64,000 nt of DNA from Microcoleus sp. (GCA_052279835.1 CP181291.1:1216001-1280000), one strand, 5' to 3'. Counted from the stretch's first letter, positions 30,718 through 41,329 are shown. Notes: a model not told the origin generated them from the sequence alone. Numbers and translations are program-made.

Positions 30718-31545
30718 ATGAGCGTTCGGGAAACTCAATTAAGGCTAGAATTGGCAAAGGTTCAGCAACTTTATCGCAAAATGCAGGCAGATAAAAAAGC
30801 TTTGCAGCAGCAATTGAAAGAGTTCAAAACTCTGAGTGGCAATTTTTCTGATGTAGTTGAGCAAGTTTTGCCGTCTGTAGTTTCAGTTTATGTGATGGAT
30901 TGGGATACGGGAGAAGAAATTTCTTCCGGTAGTGGTTTTTTTGTAACGCCGGACACGATTGTGACTAACTATCACGTTGTGGAAGATATTGCTGATGAGG
31001 ATTATTTCTATGAGGAAGATGAAGTCGAACAGGTTTTAGTGGAAACTAATGACGGCAAGTTGAGAATGGCTGAGGTGATATTTACTGGTAATGCAGAAGA
31101 GGATTTAGCCTTGCTGTTGATTACTGGTTTTGTGCTCGATCCGAAGACTGGCGAACAAGTAGAATCTCCTGAAGAATATCCTCCTTTAGAGTTGTGTTTT
31201 GATGTGAAAGTGGGCGATCGAGTAATTGCTGTGGGAAATCCTTTGGGACAGTTGGCTTCTGCTGTAAGTCAGGGGATTATTAGTGGAATTCGGGAACCGG
31301 AGGAGTATGAGGAAGGTGAGGATGATGAGGATGATATGGCTGAGGTGAAGGTGTTAGAAACTGATGCGTCGATTAATCCGGGAAATTCTGGTGGCCCGTT
31401 GATTAATATGGCCGGTCAAGTGGTGGGGGTGAATACGTGGGGATTGGAAGATGCTGATAGTTTTAATTTGGCGATCGCCTCCATCGCCCTGGATGACTTT
31501 TTAGCTGGTTTTGAGGAGACTTTTGAGGATGATTCTGATGATTAG
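30718..31545 (+). CDS. Trypsin-like (S1C) serine protease without PDZ domain
   Basis: TNYHVV, DLAL, GNSGGP triad; N-terminal coiled coil, very acidic. Confidence 0.88.
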   Translation: MSVRETQLRLELAKVQQLYRKMQADKKALQQQLKEFKTLSGNFSDVVEQVLPSVVSVYVMDWDTGEEISSGSGFFVTPDTIVTNYHVVEDIADEDYFYEEDEVEQVLVETNDGKLRMAEVIFTGNAEEDLALLLITGFVLDPKTGEQVESPEEYPPLELCFDVKVGDRVIAVGNPLGQLASAVSQGIISGIREPEEYEEGEDDEDDMAEVKVLETDASINPGNSGGPLINMAGQVVGVNTWGLEDADSFNLAIASIALDDFLAGFEETFEDDSDD

Positions 31546-31688
31546 TTGGTAGTTATTGGTGATTTGTGAAAAGGGCGATCGCACTTTTTGTCACCCCACA
31601 TCCAGGTAGATTGGCGGGGATGGATGGAAAGGGCGATCGTTCTTTTATTTACTGGTTTCTGATTTATTGTTCGTTGATTATATAGACG

Positions 31689-32081
31689 ATGACTTCATCA
31701 AAAAAATTCTGGATTATTGCGTGTTTTGTCTACTTTGTAATTATCCTCAGCATCATGCTGGTAGCAGATTTGGGGATATTAGTCAATTTTTCTCTAGCTC
31801 ATCCGCCTTATGACAAAGTTGGACACTTTGTTTTGTATGGAATTGCCTCTTTTTTGTGTCATAGAGCGACTAGCAAGCGCATGGTCAACATTTTAAATTA
31901 TCCAATTCCCTTTGGTCCTGCAATTTTTACTGTTTTCACTGCTGCGGAAGAAATGCTACAAGCAATTTTACCCAATCGTACTGCTAGCATTGAAGATTTT
32001 CTATTTAGTTTTGGTGGGATTGTCATTTTCTATTGGCTTGGAGAAATTTGGGACCGTAAAAAAGCCAAAAAAACTGATTAG
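31689..32081 (+). CDS. VanZ-like membrane protein
   Basis: DKVGHFVLYG, EEMLQ...RTASIEDF. Confidence 0.8.
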   Translation: MTSSKKFWIIACFVYFVIILSIMLVADLGILVNFSLAHPPYDKVGHFVLYGIASFLCHRATSKRMVNILNYPIPFGPAIFTVFTAAEEMLQAILPNRTASIEDFLFSFGGIVIFYWLGEIWDRKKAKKTD

Positions 32082-32276
32082 TTAGTTGTGAGTTATCATG
32101 ACCAACAAGCAACAACCAATAATATTGTTGACCGTTGCATCGGAATGATTTAACCGCAGAGAACACAGAGAACACAGAGGGAGAGAATAGAGAGATGAAT
32201 AGTTAAGATGCTACCGGATTTGATATAACAAATAACCAATAACAAACAACCAATAACCAATAACCAATAACAAAGT

Positions 32277-33902
32277 TTAATTACTTTGTTCCAAAAAAGT
32301 TTGGACTCGACCGTTGGGCCGCAGAACAACTCGAATTCTGGGGGGGGTGCCATTAGAAACAGCAGAAACAAAAGGCTCACCGACTAAAGGCATATTCGTG
32401 CGATCGATATAATCTCCTGCGGCCTTTCCCATAGGCATAATATTTTGGATAGAACCTGTTTCATCTATCTGCAAACTGTATTCCAAAGTTTCTTGCATAC
32501 CTTCTGGCGGCTTCCAGCGTTGCTCAAAATAAGTTTTCGCTTCAGAAACTTGGGGGATTGTATCAAATAAAGTGCGATTTGCTTTGCTCCCACTTGCTAC
32601 TTTGTTGTTGTCTGACTCAGTTTTGGGTTGAGCATCCTCAAGGGGTGGTAGTTCCGTACTGCTTGGGGGAACAATCGGCCCGATGGGACGAGGGATTGAT
32701 TCTTGGGGCTCAATTGGCAACCGCGAAGCAGATAGGGAGGGCGGCAGGGGTGGCGCTGCGGTGGGCCCTAGCCTTGGTGGTACGGGGGGAGCTAGTCTCT
32801 GTGGGGCCCGTGGCGCGGGGGGGAGTGCATTGGGTGCTGGGGCTGACTGGGAAGGGGCAGAAATTGGCGGTTCTGCGGGTGCGGGAATGGTGATTATTTG
32901 CCCTTGAGGATTGGGTGCTGTATTGGGTGCTGCATTGGGTGCGCTGTTGTTAGGTGGAAATAGCACGGCGGGCTGCTGGATGGGGCTGGGCTTGTTAATG
33001 GCGGGAGTTGGAGAGGCGGCGATGGGGGGTAAGCTGGGACTGGAGGATGGGTTGCTGTTGAGGGGCGGGGGCGGCAGGGGTGGCAAGGTTGGTGTGGCTG
33101 AGGGGGTTGGCGCTGGGGGCGTTGGTGTTGCTAGGGCCGGACTGGGAGACACCCCTACGGCTAGGTTTGGCTGGGGAGTGGGGCTGGATGCTTGAGTGCC
33201 GGGGGCTGAGGCGATTTCTGCCGATCGACTCTGCTGAAGCACTTTGATGACACCTGTGGTTAAACCGACGCTGGCTACAACCATTGCAGCCACTTTGACC
33301 CAAGGTGAGGCGAGGGGGCGTTGGGGCGATCGACTCAGGTTCGGGAGTGCCATCACCTCGCTGCTGTATTGATCCAAAGCCGTGGCTAAATCAAACAGTT
33401 GGACGGTACTCAAGGGAACTACCGGCCCGGATTCTGCCACTGTCAAAGAGCCTAAGAATAAGTTGTGGGAGAGCAGGCCGCGGGGTTTCAAGTGGGGATG
33501 AACCGGAAGATCCGCATTTTTTTGTGCCTCTGAAGAGTGTGACTCAAAAATTGTTGTTTCTGAAGGGTTTAAAGATTCATGCAGGATGACGGGGCTGCGG
33601 GCTGGTGCTGAGTCGGTTTTCCCCAGGCTATCATTAGCTTCAGATGTGAGGCTGGTTTCCCAAGGGCGGGATTCGCCCAGAAAGTTTTGAATGTAGAAGT
33701 TGACTGCTTCGTGGAGGGCTTCTAGTTGCAGTCGATCGCCCTTGAGAGTAACGTGTTCGGTATCTGGCAGTCGCGGATCGTCGAGTCGCAGTTCAAAGCT
33801 GAGAGATTTCAACACGGGTTTGCCCGCCCAACGAGATAGGGGCGAACTTTTAGCTGTAATTTCCAGCGTGCAAGTGGGGGGCGTGTACCGTTTTAGAACC
33901 AT
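32277..33902 (-). CDS. DUF4335-like protein with TM helix and Pro-rich region
   Basis: RYTPPTCTLEI N-terminus, QLFDLATALD, conserved C-terminal domain; follows DUF3038-like gene. Confidence 0.75.
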   Translation of the reverse strand: MVLKRYTPPTCTLEITAKSSPLSRWAGKPVLKSLSFELRLDDPRLPDTEHVTLKGDRLQLEALHEAVNFYIQNFLGESRPWETSLTSEANDSLGKTDSAPARSPVILHESLNPSETTIFESHSSEAQKNADLPVHPHLKPRGLLSHNLFLGSLTVAESGPVVPLSTVQLFDLATALDQYSSEVMALPNLSRSPQRPLASPWVKVAAMVVASVGLTTGVIKVLQQSRSAEIASAPGTQASSPTPQPNLAVGVSPSPALATPTPPAPTPSATPTLPPLPPPPLNSNPSSSPSLPPIAASPTPAINKPSPIQQPAVLFPPNNSAPNAAPNTAPNPQGQIITIPAPAEPPISAPSQSAPAPNALPPAPRAPQRLAPPVPPRLGPTAAPPLPPSLSASRLPIEPQESIPRPIGPIVPPSSTELPPLEDAQPKTESDNNKVASGSKANRTLFDTIPQVSEAKTYFEQRWKPPEGMQETLEYSLQIDETGSIQNIMPMGKAAGDYIDRTNMPLVGEPFVSAVSNGTPPRIRVVLRPNGRVQTFLEQSN

Positions 33903-34024
33903 AAAAGGAAGGAAGAAGGAAGAAGGAAGAAGGAAGAAGGAAGAAGGAAGAAGGAATTCTCGTTACCAGGCTCTGCCTGGTAACGCAGATCCGGAGGCTC
34001 TGCCTCCATTTCATGAGTTTATAC

Positions 34025-34630
34025 TTAATTTTTAGCGCGATCGAGCAGAGCTAACCAGAGACGACGGTGGCCGCCGGGACTGCTGTAGAAAAGTAAATCG
34101 ATCAAGAGTTTGAGAGCTAAATTGGTTAGTTGTGCGCCGGATAAGTTTTCTGCATCTTCCATGCGATCGCCATAAGTGTTGCTGAATCTGTCAATATAGT
34201 CTCCCAGCAAAGCTATGGTGTGAGGTTCGCGATTTTGCTCTGCCATTTGTTCGAGCAGTGCCACAGCACGACGAATTAAGGCTTGGTGCTGTGAGGCCAA
34301 GTGGCAACTAATCAAAACGAGGGAGCGGGCTTCTTCTACATCCAGTTTTTTCCGTCCCCCCTGGCCTTTCCGCAGCGGGTTAGACTGGCGTAGTCGCCAT
34401 AAGGCCACGCGATCGGCCACCATTGACTCTAAATTCAGTTCGACTGCCACCTTGAGTATTGCCTCCGAGCCAATCCCCGCCAGTGCCTCTAGGGCTAACA
34501 GCACTAAATCCAGTTGAGATTTAATGTTGTCCAACTGGGTAGGTTCTGGTGCTTTTTGGGTCAATTCTTCCCAGTTGGGAGATGTGCCCGCTTCGTTGGT
34601 GGGAGTGGAGGACTTTACGATCGAGCGCAT
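34025..34630 (-). CDS. DUF3038-like cyanobacterial protein
   Basis: LDLVLLALEAL, LWRLRQSNPLR, LLIDLLFYS...RLWLALLD; start placed at ATG 34630. Confidence 0.75.
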   Translation of the reverse strand: MRSIVKSSTPTNEAGTSPNWEELTQKAPEPTQLDNIKSQLDLVLLALEALAGIGSEAILKVAVELNLESMVADRVALWRLRQSNPLRKGQGGRKKLDVEEARSLVLISCHLASQHQALIRRAVALLEQMAEQNREPHTIALLGDYIDRFSNTYGDRMEDAENLSGAQLTNLALKLLIDLLFYSSPGGHRRLWLALLDRAKN

Positions 34631-34947
34631 AGCTTCAGCATTGAAAATTAAGACAGGTTCAGGCTGGATCTCAAACAGCAGTATATGGTGATGAGAGCTC
34701 GTCGCCAGCATCCCCACAGCAACTGTATTAATTTTGCTCCACACCCATGAGCTTTGATTCCGGCAACTGTGACTGGTAGACGTAATTGCCAGTTGAAAGT
34801 TGCGTTTTGGTAAGTGCGATCGCCCGAAACCAGCCCATAACACAAATTTCTCCCCAACTATGCTACTCCACAGAGTGACCAAAATCAAATCAGTGTTTTG
34901 AAGCGATCGGGACTCATATCAATCCCAAAATTCTAGCTATCTCGAAT

Positions 34948-34995
34948 GCTACTTATAGTCTGTCGCTACTTATAGTCTGTGACATTATAGTTGTC
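34948..34995 (+). promoter_or_regulatory. C-box operator of the R-M controller, with a duplicated box
   Basis: GCTACTTATAGTCTGT x2 then GACATTATAGTTGTC; resembles the GACT-N3-AGTC C-box consensus. Confidence 0.75.
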
Positions 34996-35017
34996 ATTGC
35001 TTAATCTAGTCCCATCT

Positions 35018-35230
35018 ATGGATATTACCGAGCGATTTGGTAAAAAAGTCAGACATTTCAGAAAGCTCAGAAATCTTTCCCAAGATCGGCTTGCAGAACT
35101 ATCTGAATTACATCGTACCTATATTGGCTCAGTTGAACGAGGTGAAAGAAATATAACGCTGCTTAATGCCAGCAAAATAGCCAAAGCATTATCTGTTAGT
35201 CTAGCTGAACTGGTAACTGATGATGACTGA
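35018..35230 (+). CDS. R-M controller (C) protein, XRE HTH
   Basis: LSQDRLAELSELHRTYIGSVERGERNITL; C-boxes upstream; overlaps the endonuclease start. Confidence 0.85.
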   Translation: MDITERFGKKVRHFRKLRNLSQDRLAELSELHRTYIGSVERGERNITLLNASKIAKALSVSLAELVTDDD

Positions 35231-35771
35231 AAGAATACTAGAGCAAATTTTAGCAAAATACCAAAACTCATTTACAGAAAAAGTTTATGCAGAAGAGAAT
35301 GAAGAACATGATATTTTAATGGATATATTTGGTATTTCCCCTATAATAAAAAAAGAAAATAGGCAATATTGGGGACGTGAGTTAGGTATGTGTTGGCAAT
35401 TGTTAGTTACGGAAACGTGCAAAGCATATTGCAGTAGTTTTCAGCCAGCATTTAAAATTGGAAGTGATGAGCCGTGTGATCTGATTGTTGATGGGTACGC
35501 GATCGATACAAAATATCGTATTGGCTCAGGAGATTCTGGAACACTGAAAAAGTTCAAATCCTATGGCCCACTACTTCGTACTTATAATTATGAGCCAGTT
35601 TTTTTAATACTTAGACAAGATAATTTGCCCGCAGCTATTACAGCGTGCCAAGTAGGGACTTGGAGAGTTTACACTGGCGATGCTTCGTTTGAGTTTATAC
35701 AAACAATAAGCGGGTTTGATTTAAAGTCATTTCTTACTGAAAGAGTGGGAGAATTCCCTGTACACCGCTGA
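35220..35771 (+). CDS. Putative type II restriction endonuclease (PD-(D/E)xK)
   Basis: CDLIVDGYAIDTKYR; sits between the C gene and the MTase. Confidence 0.7.
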   Translation: MMTERILEQILAKYQNSFTEKVYAEENEEHDILMDIFGISPIIKKENRQYWGRELGMCWQLLVTETCKAYCSSFQPAFKIGSDEPCDLIVDGYAIDTKYRIGSGDSGTLKKFKSYGPLLRTYNYEPVFLILRQDNLPAAITACQVGTWRVYTGDASFEFIQTISGFDLKSFLTERVGEFPVHR

Positions 35772-36675
35772 AACTATCTAGGCGCTTGTTGATAATTTCT
35801 ATGTAGTCAGGTACTATTTCAATGCCAACATACTTAATCCCAAATTCTTGCGCCGCCAGTAATGTAGTTCCCGATCCTGCGAAAGGATCGATTAAAATAG
35901 AATTTTCCAAACGCGGTACAAATATTTCAACTAGCTTTCTCATGAGAGCGATCGGTTTAACCGTACAATGGACGTTAAACTCCTCGGTTTTCTCACGCTG
36001 TATACCTTCTAAAATATTTGACTGAAAACCACCAAACCGATCTTTAGTATAAAATAGACCAGTACCATACTCCTGTAGAGTTTCCAAGTAATTATTCACC
36101 AGTGGTTTTTGAAGTACGCAGATTGCTTCCCACTCGTTCCTGAGACAACTGTGCCAACCATCCCATTTTTCGGGATTTTCATATCCTTTCTTTTCAAACT
36201 GTTGTTTGATATTGACACCTTTAGGGATACCACTCGATCTTTTATAAACAAGCATATCTCTCGCATAGAACCCAGCATTTTCCAGGGCTACTTGTACGTG
36301 AGCAACAGTTCTTGTGCTGTTGAAAACTAAAACTGTCGCACCCGGTTTGCAGATCCGAAAAAGCTGCTCACCCCAATCAAAACACCATTTCTCATAATCC
36401 AGAGTGTTGTTACGATTCCTTTGATACCATTTTTCGTTTCTGACTCCACCTGCTAAACCACTACCATAGGGAATATTTTTAACAAGGGTTTTATTTCCCT
36501 TGCCATTGACTTTTTCCCTACGCCTTTGAATTTCCGAGTCATCCCATTTATGACCAATAAATTCATAATTATAAGGCGGGTCAGTGATACACGCAGAAAA
36601 ATAATTTTCTGGCAATGTCTTCATCACTTCACGACAGTCACCAACCAAAACTTCATTTGAGGGAGCTTGTCTCAT
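35734..36675 (-). CDS. N4/N6 DNA methyltransferase, beta class
   Basis: DPPY near the N-terminus, HCTVKP, DPFAGSGTT near the C-terminus. Confidence 0.92.
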   Translation of the reverse strand: MRQAPSNEVLVGDCREVMKTLPENYFSACITDPPYNYEFIGHKWDDSEIQRRREKVNGKGNKTLVKNIPYGSGLAGGVRNEKWYQRNRNNTLDYEKWCFDWGEQLFRICKPGATVLVFNSTRTVAHVQVALENAGFYARDMLVYKRSSGIPKGVNIKQQFEKKGYENPEKWDGWHSCLRNEWEAICVLQKPLVNNYLETLQEYGTGLFYTKDRFGGFQSNILEGIQREKTEEFNVHCTVKPIALMRKLVEIFVPRLENSILIDPFAGSGTTLLAAQEFGIKYVGIEIVPDYIEIINKRLDSFSGVQGILPLFQ

Positions 36676-36928
36676 TAGTCTGGCAGTTTACTCAAGTTGG
36701 AACTCAAATTTCAATTATGCCACATTTGCAGTATCTAGCAAGTATAAATAAGTTGTGAAACTCTCTTCTCTTTCCGAACTTCGCGTTCTTTGCGTCTTCG
36801 CGGTTCGTAAAAAAAATCACAACTCATTTACACTCGCTATAGGTAGTCCAAATCATAGATTCAATCCAGCTTGTTTTGCTGCCTACAAACCTATAATCAG
36901 TAATCCACCAGCAATACCTCAATCCTGA

Positions 36929-39601
36929 CTACTTCAAAAAAGCGATCGTCACACCTCCACCACCCTCTTTTTGACTGGCCAACTCATAGCGAGAAACCTG
37001 GGGATGGGTGTCAAGAAATTCATGAATTCCCCGTCGCAACTGTCCCGTACCTTTGCCGTGAACTATCCACAGCACTCCGTATTCAACGGCTTTGGAAAGA
37101 GCTCTATCTACTTCAATTTCGGCATCGGAAACTCTCGCACCTCGCAAGTCGATCGTATTATTGGCAGTCCGAATGGCGATTTCAGGATTGGGTTTGGGAA
37201 CTTCCGACTGAGCTTGTTTGGCCTTAGCAGTAGCCTGTGCTTGGGCTGCTATCTTGGCTAATTGGGCTTTGGTTTCAGGTTTTTCACCATCGAGGGATTC
37301 AATTTCTGCCAGTTTGACAGTCATTTTCATAATCCCAAACCTGACGCTCAATTCTTCGTTAGCATCTGGCCCGCTGAGGACTTCGGCGGTTTGGCCCAAG
37401 CTGGGAATGCGGATGCGATCGCCCACTTTTGGCATAAAACCCGGTTTCGGCTTAGCCGGTGCTTTGCGCGAGGGCAAATGTTGCTGAGAAATTTGATTTA
37501 AAGTTTCTGTCGCCTGTTGGGCTTTTTGAGCCGTTTGGTTGCCCGACTGCAAGCGCCGAATGATTTGAGCAATTTCTGATTTTGCCGTGCCTATCGCCTC
37601 ATTTACCGCCACTTCCTGAGCAATTTTTAGTTCCCGCTCTCTTTCTTTCAAAGCTGCTGCTTTTTGAGAAACTTCCTGGTGGAGTTTTTCGGTTTGTTGC
37701 AGCAGTTGGGTTGCTTCTTTGGCTTTGGTTTCCTGTTTCCGCCGCTGGGCTTCGAGTCCAGCAATTACTTGATTGACATCGACAGAAGCACCCCCAACAT
37801 AGGTTTGAGCTTGTGCGACGATGGATGGTAGCAAACCAAGTCTTTTGGCAATGCTTAGAGCGTTGGAACGTCCGGGAATTCCCCACAGTAGCCGATAGGT
37901 TGGCTGCATGGAACTATCGTCAAATTCCACTGAGGCATTTTCAAAGCGGGAGTCTTGATATTTGAGGGCTTTGAGTTCGCCAAAGTGGGTAGTTGCGACT
38001 GTTAATAGGGAGTTTTGGGCGAGGTATTGCAACAGGGCGATCGCCAATGCACTGCCTTCTGAGGGGTCTGTCCCCGCTCCTACTTCATCTAGCAAAACTA
38101 AAGATTTGGGAATGGGGAATTGGGAATGGGGAATGGGGAATTGGGCATCGGGAACCGTGTCCCCTGAGCGTAGTCGAAGGGTAGTGGAAGTATCGGAAAC
38201 CGTGTCCCCTGAGCGTAGTCGAAGGGTAGTTGAAGTATGGGGAATTGGGAGGTCTGAATCCTCTTCTCCTCCTTTTTTCAAGACTGCTAAGATGCGGCTG
38301 ATGCGGCGAATGTGACCGCTGAAAGTTGACAAACTTTGCTGCAAAGATTGCTCGTCACCAATATCTGCCAAAATGTGGTCGAACCACGGCAATTCTACAG
38401 GTTCGCGGGCGGGAACAAACATTCCTGACTTTGCCATTAAAGCGGCTAATCCCAAGGTTTTGAGGGTGACAGTTTTGCCGCCGGTGTTGGGGCCGGTGAT
38501 GGCGACGACGCGAATGTGCGGTGCGATGGTTAAATCGATCGGCACTACTGGAAAGCCTTGTTCGTATTGCTGTTGCCAAACTAACAGGGGATGGCGCAAC
38601 TGGCGCAGGGTGATTTGCGATCGCAAGTTGGGAATTTGTACTTTGGGGTTTTCTGAGTTTTCGGAGTTTTCTGCCTCTGCTATTTCTCCATTGTTTGCTG
38701 CTAATTCTGTATTTCCCAATTCAATAAAATTAGGTGGATTTGCTTCTAGCCAAAAGCCGTAACGCGCTTTGGCTGTGGCTAAATCTAAAGTTGTCACTAC
38801 CACCAACAATCTATCTAAGTCTGGTTTGACTACTGCTACTTGTTCCGTCAGAGCGCGGCGAACTGCTTCTTCTTCGACTTGTTCTTGTCTGAGAAATTGC
38901 CGCATCTGATTGTTGAGATTTACTGTATTGTGGGGTTCTACATACAGTGTCGCGCCGCTGGCTGAGGAGTCGTGAACGATGCCCGGTATGGCATCTTTTT
39001 GGGGAGCTTTGACGGGAATTACAAAGCGCGCGTTTCTTTGGGTAATTACTTGTTCTTGGACGGCATTGGATTGTCGCTGCAAAATTCCTTGTAGTATTTG
39101 ATAAATGCGATCGCGCAACTGTCGTATTTGAACTCTAATTCCTGCTAATTTAGGAGTGGCTCGATCGGCTACTTGGGCGCGATCGTCTATACACCGATGT
39201 ATTTCTTGTTCGATTTCAGGATAAGTCCGCAATTGAGCAGCCAAATCCTTGAGGTTCGGTACATCTGGCTGGCTGTCAATGATGCGGCGCAATTGTCTCG
39301 CTCCCGCCAGGGTGGTAGCAATCGCTAGCAATTCTTCGCCACTGAGCAAACCTTGAAGTTCAGCTCGTTGCAGCGAAGTACCGATGTCTTGGATGCCTTC
39401 AAAAGCCAAACCACCGCCGGGACGGTTATCCAACTGATAAGCTTCCTGAGTTTGAGCTAGCAATTCTGCTGTTTCAGCTTGAGTTGCCGGGATTTGCAAG
39501 TCGAGGGCGGCGGCGACACCCAGTTTGGTGGCCGCGAAGGTAGCCAAGTGCTGACACAAGCGCGACCATTCTAATAGTTCGAGTGTTTCGGATTGAATCA
39601 A
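36929..39601 (-). CDS. mutS2: MutS2 endonuclease
   Basis: IQSETLELLEW start (TTG 39601), GPNTGGKT, DIGDEQS, DEVGAGTDP, Smr domain HGKGTG. Confidence 0.95.
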   Translation of the reverse strand: MIQSETLELLEWSRLCQHLATFAATKLGVAAALDLQIPATQAETAELLAQTQEAYQLDNRPGGGLAFEGIQDIGTSLQRAELQGLLSGEELLAIATTLAGARQLRRIIDSQPDVPNLKDLAAQLRTYPEIEQEIHRCIDDRAQVADRATPKLAGIRVQIRQLRDRIYQILQGILQRQSNAVQEQVITQRNARFVIPVKAPQKDAIPGIVHDSSASGATLYVEPHNTVNLNNQMRQFLRQEQVEEEAVRRALTEQVAVVKPDLDRLLVVVTTLDLATAKARYGFWLEANPPNFIELGNTELAANNGEIAEAENSENSENPKVQIPNLRSQITLRQLRHPLLVWQQQYEQGFPVVPIDLTIAPHIRVVAITGPNTGGKTVTLKTLGLAALMAKSGMFVPAREPVELPWFDHILADIGDEQSLQQSLSTFSGHIRRISRILAVLKKGGEEDSDLPIPHTSTTLRLRSGDTVSDTSTTLRLRSGDTVPDAQFPIPHSQFPIPKSLVLLDEVGAGTDPSEGSALAIALLQYLAQNSLLTVATTHFGELKALKYQDSRFENASVEFDDSSMQPTYRLLWGIPGRSNALSIAKRLGLLPSIVAQAQTYVGGASVDVNQVIAGLEAQRRKQETKAKEATQLLQQTEKLHQEVSQKAAALKERERELKIAQEVAVNEAIGTAKSEIAQIIRRLQSGNQTAQKAQQATETLNQISQQHLPSRKAPAKPKPGFMPKVGDRIRIPSLGQTAEVLSGPDANEELSVRFGIMKMTVKLAEIESLDGEKPETKAQLAKIAAQAQATAKAKQAQSEVPKPNPEIAIRTANNTIDLRGARVSDAEIEVDRALSKAVEYGVLWIVHGKGTGQLRRGIHEFLDTHPQVSRYELASQKEGGGGVTIAFLK

Positions 39602-39805
39602 AGTTGACGGGTTGTTGGTAATTGGCATTCCCAGGCGCTGACCGAGAAGGGTTATTGACGATACTATCAATTAATTTTAAAGTTTTTTGGGGTTTCCTGG
39701 GGTAGTTATTGGTAATTTTTGGTAACATTTAATTATTTTAATTTTAAATATACAGTGATAATTCGGGCTGTTGTATCCTGAAAGGTAATTTGTGGAGCTG
39801 GTGTT

Positions 39806-41047
39806 ATGGGAAAGATTTTGGCGATCGCGGATGGTGTGACTTGGGAAATCCTCCAAGAGTTCCTCTCAGGGGAGGGACATGAGGTGATAGTCGCCCCTGA
39901 TGCTCACTCCGGGTTAGATTTAGCTGAGCAAACCTCCCCAGATTTGGTAATTTGTGAGGGGACTTCACCTCAAATTGAATGGTTAGATTTATACCGGATG
40001 CAGGCGGATAACTCAGAATGTGGCACTATCTATGTGATTCTGCTGGCTGCACCAGAGGAGTTTGACTCCACAAAATTAGATGTGCTAGTGGACGATTTTG
40101 TGCTGCAACCGATAGTTAAGCACGAATTATTGGGGCGGGTACGCGCTGGTTTTCGATCGCGCCAGTTGAGGGTACAGTTGGAGCGATCGCAACAAGAATT
40201 GCAACAGTTCCACCATCGGATTATAGAAAATGAAAAAACGTCTAATCTGGGTGAATTAGTATCTGGGATTGCCCACGAAATTAACAATCCGATTACTTTT
40301 ATTTACAGCAATCTGACTCACATACAAACTTACGCTAATGATTTGATAGAACTCTTGCGAATGTATCAAAAACAGTTAATTAATCCTAGCCAAGAGATTC
40401 TGCAAAAACAACAAGACATGGATGTGGAATTCCTGCTGGATGATTTCTTGAAAATTGTCAGTTCCATGCGGACGGGGAGCGATCGCATTCGCCAAATTAT
40501 CTTGTCGGTACAGGAATTTTCCCGCAGCGATCGCTCCGGTTGGCAATTATTCGACGTTTCCGACGGTTTAGAAAATACTCTGTTACTATTGCAACACCGC
40601 TTACCTGCTCGCGAAGGCAGGCGCGATATCAAGGTGGTGAAGGACTACGGCAATTTGCCCCAAATAGAGTGTTATGCCGGTCAACTAAATCAAGCTTTTC
40701 TGAATATTATGAGTTATGCGATCGATGCTTTGGAAGAGTCTAGTCAACAATTGAACGAGTCCGAAGCAATCAACTTTAAACCCGTGATTTGGATTCGCAC
40801 TCAGGTGGTAAGTGGTCAGCGCATTGCCATTGAGATTGCTGATAATGGCATCGCCATGAGCGAAGAGGTAAAAACCAAAATTTTCGAGCGATTTTTTATT
40901 ACCAAACCTGCGATGGATGCCAGCACCATAGGACTTGCTATCAGTTATGACATAATTGTCGAGCAGCACAAAGGGGAATTGAAGTATTTTTCCCAAGCGG
41001 GTAAAGGTACTCAATTTCGGATCGAACTACCCCAGCGACACAGTTAA
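39806..41047 (+). CDS. Receiver + histidine kinase hybrid with degenerate motifs
   Basis: H-box GIAHEINNP, N-box LNQAFLNI, DNG; atypical receiver. Confidence 0.85.
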   Translation: MGKILAIADGVTWEILQEFLSGEGHEVIVAPDAHSGLDLAEQTSPDLVICEGTSPQIEWLDLYRMQADNSECGTIYVILLAAPEEFDSTKLDVLVDDFVLQPIVKHELLGRVRAGFRSRQLRVQLERSQQELQQFHHRIIENEKTSNLGELVSGIAHEINNPITFIYSNLTHIQTYANDLIELLRMYQKQLINPSQEILQKQQDMDVEFLLDDFLKIVSSMRTGSDRIRQIILSVQEFSRSDRSGWQLFDVSDGLENTLLLLQHRLPAREGRRDIKVVKDYGNLPQIECYAGQLNQAFLNIMSYAIDALEESSQQLNESEAINFKPVIWIRTQVVSGQRIAIEIADNGIAMSEEVKTKIFERFFITKPAMDASTIGLAISYDIIVEQHKGELKYFSQAGKGTQFRIELPQRHS

Positions 41048-41329
41048 TTAAAAATCTCCACAAAAGCCAGTTATTGAACAGGCTTTGTTTTGCAAATATT
41101 CCTAGGGGTGAAGCATGACCGCTGTAAATCTCTGGCGCGAGCTAATAAATTGTCTGCGGTCATGCTTCGCCCTTACTTACTTCAAATATGCAAGCATATT
41201 ATATCTTCAAATCCGAGCCTCAATCTTGAGGGAATGTAAAATTTTGTATATCCTGGGGCAAAAAATCGAAAAATAGGAGATGCTAGATATTAAGAAGTAC
41301 GCAAAAATAAATTTTAATTAGGTGATAAA

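Noticed and set aside
32558..33589. Plus-strand ORFs opposite the Pro-rich DUF4335-like gene
   Set aside because: Antisense shadows of GC-rich codons.
41236..41249. NtcA site upstream of the aldehyde dehydrogenase
   Set aside because: GTA-N8-TAT misses the GTA-N8-TAC consensus in AT-rich DNA; too weak.
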